Origin: Carpediemonas membranifera BICM
Lineage: Eukaryota > Protista > Fornicata
Reading direction: 5' to 3'
Assembly (NCBI GenBank): GCA_019828565.1
Contig: JAHDYR010000038.1
Coordinates: 1,064,452-1,128,451, forward strand
DNA length: 64,000 nucleotides
In this document: positions 37,283 to 48,144 of the stretch, piece after piece
Numbering within the stretch: position 1 is the stretch's first letter
Layout of the letters: each line of letters begins with the position of its first letter
Notes under the pieces: generated by a model
Seen by the model: only the letters and a program-made list of their open reading frames with translations
Database searches by the model: none
Told to the model about the DNA's origin: nothing
Made by a program: the position numbers and the translations under genes

Positions 37283-38664
37283 CAGGCGGACCGGCTGTCG
37301 AGATTCGCAAAGCTCGATTGGCACTCACCCCGCGAGGTACTCGAGACGATAATGGCCAAGTGGGGTCCGGCGGAGATAGACGTCACTGCATCTCCGGACA
37401 AGAAGCTCGCACTGCCAGGATTCGTCAGGAAAGCTTGGTCCCTCGACGATCACGGCTTCCAGCGCTCCTGGACCGGCGCCAGGATCTATCTGGCTCCGCC
37501 GACAGCGCTCTTGGGAGCGGCACATCGTCGTCTGGAGAAGATTCGGACGCCTCAGACCCCGACTACGTCCCCTCGGACGTGGAGGTCAGCGGCAATACTC
37601 CTCTTCCCCGATCTCAACTCACCCGAAGTCAGAGCGCTGAAACGGCTGTCCCAACACAAGATGTATCTCAGAGTCCACTCCTCGCACATGCTCAACACGG
37701 AGCTATCCTGGACCGAGAGGCAAGGAAAGATCAGAATGATTGCGATGATCGTCAAGACCCGTTCGACGAACTCCTCCGCCACGACAGGCTATCTCACTTC
37801 CGAAACGAGTCATCGCGCCGCTCAGCGGCTGGCTGGGTCTCTAAGTTCGTCCTATCGCGACAGGCAGCCCTCTCCGACGCCGAACAACTCAGAGCATTCC
37901 TCCTCGCCGAGGGCGAGACCACTGGCCCGCAGAGTATCCACAGAAAGGGCTACTGGATCTGTCAAGCGGCTCCACTCGTCTCCAACTGGCGACCTCCGCC
38001 AGAAGCCAGGCAGATCATCAAGAGTGCGGAGAACGTAGCATCTCTCGACGGCCTAACAGGAGGCGCACTACCGGTGACCAGAGCCCAGGTCCGCAAGGTC
38101 GTCGACAGGCGACGCTCCTCACCGAAAGCGTTCCAGGTAGCGCTGTTCGCTGCACTTACATTCATCTCAGTCAGCCGGGGAGGCGAGATCTTCGGCCTGA
38201 CGAGAGGCGACATCTCTTTCGATGAACAGGGCAACGCTATGCTCTGGTTCCCCCGCACCAAGACGGCCAAGGGCATCCATAAGCTTATTCCTAACAGGTC
38301 ATGGGACCGCTTCAACCCGGCAAGAGCCCTCAAGGCCTGGGTCCCAACTGCGACGCGACACAATTCCGACTCGATCTGGCGCATGATCGGTCCATCGGGA
38401 GGTATATCACTCACGTGTCCACTTGCAGCGTCCACCCTCCGCACATGGATCCACAGCGCCTTCGGCCCGAGCGTTTCATGGCACTCCTTCCGCAAGGGGG
38501 CAGCTACTGAGCTGGCAGTGGCCAACACAAACACGGAGGTCCTCCTTTCAATGGGCACGTGGTCATCTACGAAGAGCATGCTGAGGTACATGGGTAACGG
38601 GGTACGCACCCATCCAGGGGTCCAGGGTCACCTGGCCTCAATTCTACTACAACCACCACTCTAA
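37283..38664 (+). CDS. DIRS B methyltransferase-like domain (to ~37800) overlapping the tyrosine recombinase (ends 38664)
   Basis: WGPAEIDVTAS...W...YLAPP; YR SRGGE, TKT, HSFR, GTW, LRY. Confidence 0.88.
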
Positions 38665-39146
38665 ATCACGACGGGAGTCGTGGGGCAGTGACGATTAGCA
38701 CGGTACCGACATTCTTGGACGCGAACCCACGAGGGGTTGGTCGGGGGCCCACTTGCGTGCCTGTGGGCCAACCATTGTTAGCACGTTGCCGGCGGGATAT
38801 CCCCGTTGGTTAATGAAAAGAATGTCATGAGGCTAGGATAGCTAGCTGGCGCTACATCGTCAGTAAGGTTACCTCGGGTAACGGGCCCGGAGCGGAGGGC
38901 GATGCGATAGCCTCACTCCGGGCAAAAGGTGTTTCGCCGGTCAGGCGAGTCACGCAGTTTATGCGGACAGAATGGCGCAAGGTTCGGATCCGCCGGATCC
39001 GACGGCACGGTACCAGTTACGACTGGTATACTCCTTCTCCCTCGGTAAGCGGAGAGGACTTCACGTTTAACTTACACTAGCTTCCTCGTTAACATTGTGT
39101 AAATTAAGCGCCCCCCGTTGGTTAATGAAAAGAATGTCATGAGGCT

Positions 39147-42100
39147 GGGTAGTACCCCAGCTCATTGTCGCAAGGGCGACGGGACGTGGGCGAGGCCGGC
39201 AATCGCCGGATGCCCGCGTCATTGGTCAAGATTGGTCGGCGCAGTTTATGCGGCCAGATGACGAACGATTCGCAGCCGGTGGCTGCGACGGCCGAGGAAG
39301 TGGCAGAACTGCGTACCACGGTGCAGGAGATGCAGAAAGCTCAGGAGAGATCCACCAAGATCCTCGAGAGGATGGCCGCCGCAAGCGCCGAATCTGAAGC
39401 GGATTTCCACGAGGAACTGGCGTTTGAAGAAGATGAACAAGACCCCATCATGGCTTCCCTTTCATACATTGAGGCCATGACCGAGCTGCCGAAGAAGCGC
39501 CCTCTTCTGGAGGAGGCGAAGTTCCTTCGGAAGGTTCAAACGATCCTCACCTCTTCTACAGACACGAAACTCCTCAAGCTGCCTTTCCCCCTCCTCTCCG
39601 CCCGGCGTAGAGCTCTGATGATGAAGGATGAAGATTACAACGACGTCACAGTCACCTACTTTCAGAACCAGGTATGGAAGGCCATCGCGGACAAAGGAAC
39701 CCTCGACGAGTCCCAGATCGAGTCCTTCGAGCTCAAGTCTAAGATTCACGGAGCCAAGCGAAAGGGCGACAAGTTTCAGCCTCCGGGAGGCGGGGGCCGA
39801 GGCGGCAGCTCTCGCGGTCGCAACCGGCAGTCAAACTAACCGAGAACCACCTCTTCCCATCGATAACTGGCGACGTGTGGCGACTCTGGGAGCGCTTCGG
39901 CGCCTCAGAGCACGTCGTCAGCCTACTCAGAGACGGCGTTCCAATATCACTGACCGCGCCTCCGTCGGCGGCCGCACCACAGACGCGACTGGACCCACGT
40001 GTCCGGGCCAAGCTCCAACAGCTGTTGAACGAGGGCATTCTCCGCAGAACGACCCTGCAGTCCCTCCGCCATTCGGCCCCGATCTTCCCTGTTTCGAAAG
40101 GCTCGGACGACATCCGAGTAATACACGACCTCCGAGAACTCAACACCGTGACGGAGGAGACCCGAGTCTTCCGCCTCTTCGGCATCAAACGTGCTTTGGC
40201 GACGCTCACGGCCGGGGACTGGATGACGAAGATCGACCTCCGCTCGGGGTACTCTCAAGTCCCAGTCAGGGAGCAGGACAGGACACTTCTGGGCGTGGTC
40301 ACTCCGGAGGGCGAGGCATTCTGCTACACTGGACTCCCCTTCGGTTGGACCGCGGCTCCGTTCTACTTTCAGACAATAACCATCCAGGCCGCAAAGATCA
40401 TCGCCAGGCGCCTCCAGATCCACGTTTGCGTGTATCTAGACGACTTCCTCCTATCGTCTGCGCGCAAGGAGCACCTGGCATGGGCAACACACGAGGCCCT
40501 CGAGCTCATGCGCTCCCTCGGCCTCATTCCGGGGCTGGACAAGTGTATTCTTCAGCCTACACGCTGCTTGGAGTACCTCGGCCTCCTCATCAATACGGAA
40601 AACACTTCAGTGCGCCTTTCCAGCGACAAGGCGCGCAAGTATCAGCAGACGTTGATATCCGCGTTGGAGAGCGACTCCATCAGCGCCGTCGACTACTCCA
40701 AGATCCTAGGGCGTCTTCTCCTTCTTCGCTTCCGCAGCGCATGCAGCACAGCTCAAGCTGCGGCCGTTGCAAGCAAGACAGCCGAGAGGCAGAGTACCTT
40801 TGGATGCAGCCCTCAAGCAAGAGCTCGCCCAGTGGGTCTCACTGCTGCAGCAGCGCCCAGCCAAGTCATTTATCGAGCTCAGGGCCCTCTGGGACATGAC
40901 AGGCTCCCTGGAGATGACAGTGGCGTCCGACGCATCCAGCTTCGGCTGGGGGGCCAGAGTATACCTCGGAGAGAACAACAGATCGGCGCATGGGCACTTC
41001 CCCCGCACATAGTGAACGCCCACATCTGCACAAAGGAGCTTTTCGCAGTCGTTCGGGGCGTCGAACTCATCTCTCCACAGCCGCAGGTGCGCACCCTGAC
41101 AGTTTTCTGCGACAACTCGGCCGTAGTCTCGTGGGTCAACAAGGGCGGATCGACAAGAGCAGACCAGACAGTCATGAGCCTACTCCACGAGCTGCAACAA
41201 CACCTCGACAGCAGAAACCTCGTGGCTCGATGTCTTCACATCGCAGGACACCTCAACGTGGAGCCGGACAGGCTGAGCCGGTTCATGAAGCTCGAGTGGT
41301 CGACCCCGCGTTCAGTCCTCGAGCGAATCCAGCGCAACTGGGGACCAGTGCAGGTCGACGCGACCGCCGCTCCCACTCGCCGCCTGGCCCTCCCAGGATT
41401 CGCTCAGCACGGATGGACTCTCGCAGAACACGGCCTGTCTCGGGACTGGACGGGGATGAGAGTCTTCGCAGCTCCTCCAGTAGCGATGATTCCAGCGACA
41501 TATCTGCATATTCGGACGATTCGGTCGCCGACCCAGACTGGATCCCCTCAGACGTGGAGGTCAGCTGCGATAATAGTGACTCCGGACATCCCGTCACCAG
41601 AACTCCGCCGCTTGCTAGCCCTCTCATCAGTTCCCAAGATGTACTTCAGAGTGAACCAAGATCTTCTGTCGGACTCCGAGCTGTCGCGGCTGGCCGAGAG
41701 GGGCAGGATAAGGCTCATCGCGATGATCATCAGGACTTCGAGTTCCTCCTCCACCACGACAGGCTCTCACATCTGAGCCTAGAGGCGTCACGCAGGGCAG
41801 TCGCGGGCTACCTCGTCAAGTTCAACGCGTCGAGAGACACCACGCTATCACACGCGGCGCAGCTCAGGCAGCACCTCATGAGCGAAGCCAAGACCTCGGG
41901 GCCCGACACGATCGGCAAGAAGGGACACTGGATTTGCAAAGCGGCCCCACTGATCTGCGACTGGACCCCCCCGCAGGACAGCAGCGAGATCATTCGATCA
42001 GTCCGCAACGTAGCATCCACCACCAGACTGACTGGCGGGGCTCGACCGGTGACGAGCGACATAATCCGGTCGGGTTTCCGACGTTGGAAACAAGATCCGA

Positions 42101-42778
42101 AGACGTTCCAGGCGGTCTTGTTCGCCGCACTCTGCTTCCAAACTGTCAGCCGCGGCAAGGAAATCTTCACTCTGACGAGGGGAGACGTGACGTTCAGCCC
42201 AGAGGGCGACGCGACGCTGTTCATGGCACGCACCAAGACTACCACAGCGGTGAAGAAGCTCGTGGTCAACGCCACCTTTGACTCATTCAACATCGCGAAG
42301 GCGCTCCAGCTTTGGGTCAACTTGGCCACGAAGCGCGACACGGATTCACTATGGAGGAAGGTCAACGGAGACACGATCAGCAAGACAGAGGGGCTGTCAG
42401 AAGGCGCAATGAGGCGCTGGATCGCAGCAGTGTTCGGCGACTCCGTCACTTGGCACAGCTTCAGAAAGGGCGCGGCGACCGAGCTCGCCGTCGCCGGCAC
42501 TCCTGAGCACGTGCTGATGGCACTGGGGAACTGGCGCTCCGCGAAGAGCCTGCTGGCGTACACCGGCAATGGCATCCGCCAGCACCCCGCGGTCCAGAGA
42601 GACATCGCCAGGTCTCTTTTGGGCAAGCCACTGTAAACATTCGATGGGATGTTTATGGTGCAGGCTGTTGCGACCTCACGGGAGGTGACAGCTAGGAGTT
42701 AATGATATCTCCTCGGCCGGCGGGACCACCCCGTTGGATCTACAGAGTGTAGAGGGTCAGGTGGCCCGCGAGTCGGGC
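39147..42778 (+). mobile_element. DIRS-type element C: gag 39258-39839, RT-RNase H-MT 39875-41776 (with frameshifts), YR ending 42636
   Basis: LPFGW, YLDD, SDAS, HIAGHLNVEPD, FAAPP, HSFR; overlapping pol and YR frames typical of DIRS. Confidence 0.92.
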
Positions 42779-42826
42779 AGGATAGCTAGCAGCCTAGTCT
42801 AGCGGACGATATCAGCCCGGAAAATT

Positions 42827-42899
42827 TGGTCCCTGCCAGACTCGAACTGGCATCGCAGGATTCAGAGTCCTGAGTGCTAACCACTTACACTAAGGGACC
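42827..42899 (-). tRNA. tRNA-Gln(CTG)
   Basis: GGTCCCT acceptor, D arm, CAGGA-CT-CTG-AA-TCCTG anticodon arm, GCCAG-TTCGAGT-CTGGC T arm and a downstream TTTT terminator. Confidence 0.93.
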
Positions 42900-45800
42900 T
42901 TTGCGGACCACTGTCCCCACGCGCGAGCATCCGTGCCCGGATGCGCGGCGAGCGCATGCTGCGGAGAGCAGCACAGAGAGAGGAGCCAGGGAGGCTCCTC
43001 CCCTCTTTTCCCAATCTGGGCATCGTCCCCTGCTGGTGGACGCCCATTTGGTCGTCGGCGTCTGCAGTGCCATAAACTGCACCGGACAGAAAGAGCGCGG
43101 ATGGCCGACAATCCCGTAGAGGACTTAACTAGGAAGTTTGAGCAGCAAGAATCGCTAATTCGAGCATTAACTGCTAGAATCAGCGAGCAAGAGAACGAAC
43201 GCGAAGATCTACGAGCACCATCTCGCTTGGATGGCATCAAGAAGGAATACTTGGCGTGGAAGCACTTCTATGCCGATTTTAAGGTTGAGGTCAAAGCAAC
43301 AGAGAAGCCTTCGGTGAAGGGCATCATGGATATCGCCGGCAACATGGTGGAAAAACGCCTCCAGTATCTTCGCACGATTGACACCTACGGCGAGGAGGTT
43401 GGAGCTGTGTGGTGGTCATAGACCACACTAATCATTTATACAGTTTAAGCCATTTATTGGCACAAGGGTTTTCTCTTCTTCTTTCCCTGTAAAAAGCGTT
43501 CTCCGCATTAGCGAGGCACATTAACGTTAATTCCCCTCAAATGCTGAAGAAATCCGATCCCCCGTTGCTGAAGTCGCCAGATCTGAACGAACTGTTCATC
43601 TTTGTGGACAAGTTCAACGATTACCGCGCCTTAGGGGGCAAGCGAGACATTGAGAAGCTAATCGACAGCGAGGTTCGGGAGATGGTGACAGCAATCCTAC
43701 CAGCGGACGATCTTGACGACGCGGAGGAAGAGATCCCTCTCCTCCTTAATCAACATCATCGTGCCGCTCGCTCCAGAGCCCAGAAGGACCTCAAGATCAT
43801 CAAGCGCCTAGGACGCGCTCTCAGACCTACTCAAGAAGTCAACAAGCTCCGTCTCTTTAGAATCACCGCCAAGGACTTCTCCCCTATCGAAGTTGCTCGA
43901 GTCAACAAGAAGTTCCGTATTACCATGGCAGTCGTCCAACCCGAGTTCCCCCTCGAGACACTACGCGACATATACGTTCGTTGTTTCAAGTTCGGATCCA
44001 ACCAGACAATGTACCGCATCAAGGAGGTGATCCAGGACATGTCGCTAGAAGATGCCATGCCGCGCGTTCTAGCCCTATCCAGAACAGTCCAAGAGAGCAC
44101 CGCGATCGCCAACGCGTTCCAGGACAAGCCGTCCAACGCCGAGCACCACCACACGAGCCGTAACTCCCACCGACGCAACGATCGCAAGCCTCAGTCACGT
44201 CCCACCGAAGACCGTTCGCATGCTACCAGACCTGAACACGCGTCGACTAAGCCCATCGACAAGAAGGGCAGACGTGATCATTCACAGTTCACTTGCTATA
44301 ACTGTGGTGGTAAGGGTCACGCCGTCTACGAGTGTAAGAAGCCCAAGAACAAGTGTCAGAAGTGCGGGAAGAGCGGACACCTTGACAGGTTCTGTAAATC
44401 CCCACAGTACTTGTCCTTGTTCTCGATGACTTCACACAAACGCAAAGATAGCCTACCTCTGTGCAAAGTTAAGGTCGAGGGTCGAGACGTCGTTGCCTTG
44501 ATTGATTCGGGAGCCAACTGCTCCACTATATCCCCGAAGCTGACCAAGGGTATGACGCGTATATCAGATGAAGAGCGAAGCGTGCGTACAGCCAAGGGAA
44601 CTATACAGTCCCAAGGTTCCGTGCAAGGGAACATCAAACTCATGCCGTCAGCCTTTACACCTAAGGCAGTGTCCTTCAAGCCGGAGTTGATTGTGCTAGA
44701 TACTGAGTTCGACGTCGTCCTGGGGTACCCCCACCTTGTCGAGCTGGGAATCCTCCCCGACGTGAACGTAGAGTCAGGGGAATACTCGGACGAAGTCCAG
44801 GTCCCCGAAGCTTTCAAGCACAACGCTGCCATTTTTAGTCTATCCGACCAGTCGACCAAGAGTCAAGCCGAACTGATCAAGAGGTTCTCCGATCTATTCC
44901 AAGACCGGGACGAACCTAGCAGGCTAGAGCCGTACGACCTCGTTCTGAAGGACGATCGGGTCGTGAACGCCAGACCTTACTATGTACCCCCAGCGAAGAT
45001 ACACGTCGTGAGAGAGCACATCGACACGCTGCTAGCCTAGAAATATATCGAGGCCTGCCAGTCACAATACGCTTCCCCAGCTATGACTGTGCCTAAGAAG
45101 GGAGGCAAGTCGCGTTTCGTAGTCGATTTCCGCCGTATTAACGAGCTTACTGAGCCGTTCGACTACCCCATCCCTCGTATCGACGAGGTGCTGTCACAGC
45201 TCGCAGGACAGAAGATCTTCGCGACTCTAGACCTGTCGTCCGGGTACCACCAGATCCCTTTGACAGAACGATCAAGACCCCTGACTGCATTTACCACCGT
45301 ACTAGGGCAGTATCAATACCGACGGATGCCTTTCGGGCTGCGCAACGCAGGAGCTCACTTCCAGAAGGCCATGGAGCGCGCCTTCGCCGGGCTCGTGGGC
45401 AGCTCATGTTACATTTACATCGACGATATTATTGTCTTCGGCAGCGACGAGGCCGAATATCTCGCGAACCTCGAAAGAGTCCTGGACCGTGCGCGTAAGG
45501 TCAAGCTCCAGCTCAATCGCGAGAAATGCCAATTCGGCTGGCAGGAGGTCGAGTTCTTAGGTTGGGTTGTCAATGATGGGCAGGTGAGCATCGCACTATT
45601 CCTCATCGAGGCGGAGGGTATCGTCGCAAAGAAGGACCTCGTGAAGTGTTCGCTTAAGGCGGCCAAGCGTTGTGACGCCACGAGCATCAGAAAGTTCAGA
45701 CACCATCAACAGGGCAGCAAGTTCTGCTCTTGCTGGCGCAAGAACGCGTCTGGTAAAAGCACTTGAAGTGGCGGATTTGGTTCAAATTTTACACAGTGCA

Positions 45801-47630
45801 GGATACGTCACAGCAGGAGCATGGAGCGCGAGCTTGAAAATGCCCTGCAGAGGAATCACTCTCTTCCAATTATTGGTAGTATGACGTCAGCGCAGGATGT
45901 TTGGCGCCGCACACGCCCTCCTGAAGAAGTTATGGCAGCGATTCAGGGCATTTCTATCCCCGTGGACGAAAGTCCGACCCCTTCCGTCGAAAGGGTGCAT
46001 AGTGCAGATACACAAAAGGTATTAGACCAGGAGGTCCAGAAACTACTAGAGGTAGGAGCTATTGAGCTAGTCTCCGAGCCCTCGAAGGGCATCTCACCCG
46101 TGTTCGTCATCCCGAAGAGCGACCTAGTGTCGTGGAGGCTTATCCACGATCTAAGAAACATCAATACGTACCTTACGGCACGTAAGTTCAGGATGGAAGG
46201 ACTCGGGGAGGTGCAGAGGGTTCTTAGACCCGGCGACTGGATGATCGCCGTTGATTTCAGAAAGGGGTATTACCAGCTGCTATTGGAGAACAATTCCAAG
46301 CAGTGGGCAGGATTTGTGCATAGAGACACCAACTATCAGTTCAAGGTACTGCCATTCGGGCTTTCAACTGCGCCGAGGACTTTTCAGCAGGTGAGCAAGC
46401 ACGCCGCTCGTTTTATCGCAGCCCAGCTTGGCCTTCGGGTCGTAGTGTACCTGGATGACTGGCTCGTGATGCACTCGGACAAGAATTACCTGAAGAGTGT
46501 GTTGCCGCAGTTTATCAACCTACTCACAAGCTTTGGCATTGCTATTAGCGAGACGAAGGTAACATGGTCTCCAACACAAAGAACCAAGTATCTAGGCGTT
46601 CTAGTCGCATCAGAGCCGCCTTTGTAATCGATGCGAGGCTCAGGGGCCTGCGCCTGGCCGAGGAGAAGCGGGCAAGGTACCGTCTCCGTGTCGAGGAAGC
46701 ATTGCTGCGGGGCTCGACATTCCACGCGCTGCAGCGTCTTATCGGCAACCTCTCCTACGCGTCGATCATCTGGCCGAACGGTGTGGCCATGTTGCGCCCG
46801 CTACAGCGCATGCTCCGAGGGACCGCGACCAGCTACAGAGTCCTCTTTCACGGAGAAGCCCGTCAGGCTCTCGAGGAGTGGCGCAAACGCCTGAGCGCGC
46901 CGTCGCCGGCCAGGAGCTTCGCAGAATTGCTCCACATTTGGGGTCTCTCGCCGCAGATCGAGGCCTCAGTGATGACAGACGCGTCAATGTTCGGCCTCGG
47001 GGGGAATCATCTCGATCCCGGGCCAAAAGACGACACTTCTCCATGGAGGCACCTGCCGGGGAGCACATCACGCTTCTGGAGTTTCGGGCTATCCAGGAGG
47101 CCATCCGCCGCGTCCTAGCGATGGACCTGCCCGGCTCATGCGAACTCACAATTTTTTCGGACAACGTGGCCGCGGTCTCCTGGCTCAACCGGCAGGGCTC
47201 CACCAGGGCTCCGGCGGTGGTAGACCGGATCCTTCGCGTGTTACTGCCTCAGTTATCCGAGCGGCATATCTCGGTGCGCGCTATCCACTCGGCCGGCCAT
47301 CTCAACGTGATCGCCGACTCACTCTCCCGGGACAGCAGGGGGCTCCTTCCCTCCGAGTCGATCATCAGGCGCATAGTGGAGGCATGGGGCTCGATGCAGA
47401 AGGACGCATGGCCCCTCGAGCTGTTCGGTGCACAACCCCGATGGACTCCAGAGGAGATGATACAGCGCGACTGGTCGCAGGCCAGATGGTTCGCTTCGGT
47501 GCCGTTCAGCCTTCTCCCACAGGTCCTGGCGAAGCTTCAGAGCCTGGACCTGGACCCGGGGGCCTCGCCGAAGAAGTGCAGATTTGCAGTGGCACTTCTC
47601 ATCTCGGACGCAAGGTCTCCAACGGCGATG
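42900..47630 (+). mobile_element. DIRS-type element D (third family): gag 43101-43405 + ~45590-45766, RT 45821-46627, RNase H/MT to ~47630
   Basis: LPFGL, YLDD, TDAS, FSDN, HSAGHLNVIADSLSR, RDWSQARWFASVP; boundaries approximate. Confidence 0.75.
43406..45589 (+). mobile_element. 3'-truncated Ty3/Gypsy: putative LTR 43406-43464, gag-protease 43541-45040, RT to ~45589
   Basis: Two CCHC knuckles, LIDSGA, MPFGL, YIDD; in-frame TAG at 45038-45040; GAGC on both sides. Confidence 0.85.
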
Positions 47631-48144
47631 GGTCAGTCCCAATCGAATTCAGCTAAGTGTCCGCACTTTGTTCGTTGGAGATTCAAAGGCCAACAGCCTG
47701 CACTTAGGAATAAGTGCAGTGCTTCTAGCAGTCCAGAGGGACGGCTTCGGTCCTCTGTCCGGAGAGTTCAATGGTGCCCATCAATTGGCAACGTTGGTCA
47801 CAAGTGGGAGCTCTGTGACCGAGCTATCAGACTATCAGTACCTAAACAAGACTAATTTACCAAGCGAGAAGAGCAGAGCTATCAGAGAGCCAACGGGAAG
47901 ATGGTTCATATGTGGAAATCTCGAAATCACCAGGAAGGAAAGGTCGGCAAGGAGAAGCAGTAGGACCGTAGCTAAGGGCCACAGAGGCAGTGCGAATGAC
48001 GCTATCAGTTACGGAATCTGGGGACCCTAGAAGGAGAAAATCGGGAGGCAGTTTTGGAATAGCGCAATTTCGCCGCGAAGCAGAATACAGAAGAACGAAG
48101 CGGAACCGAGGAAAAAGAGGTAGGGACGAGACCTGCAGGGGGCC

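Larger units (their letters stand above)
8767..39146 (+). mobile_element. DIRS/PAT-type YR retrotransposon B with split direct repeats, interrupted by LINE A
   Basis: A1 8780-8940 matches A2 38847-39007 (161 bp) and B1 38801-38834 matches B2 39113-39146. Gene order is gag, RT, RNase H, MT-like, YR. Confidence 0.85.

Noticed and set aside
45038-45040. TAG reassigned to Gln (alternative genetic code)
   Set aside because: Homologous ORFs elsewhere end normally at TAA/TAG, and the tRNA-Gln has a CTG anticodon; a point mutation is more likely
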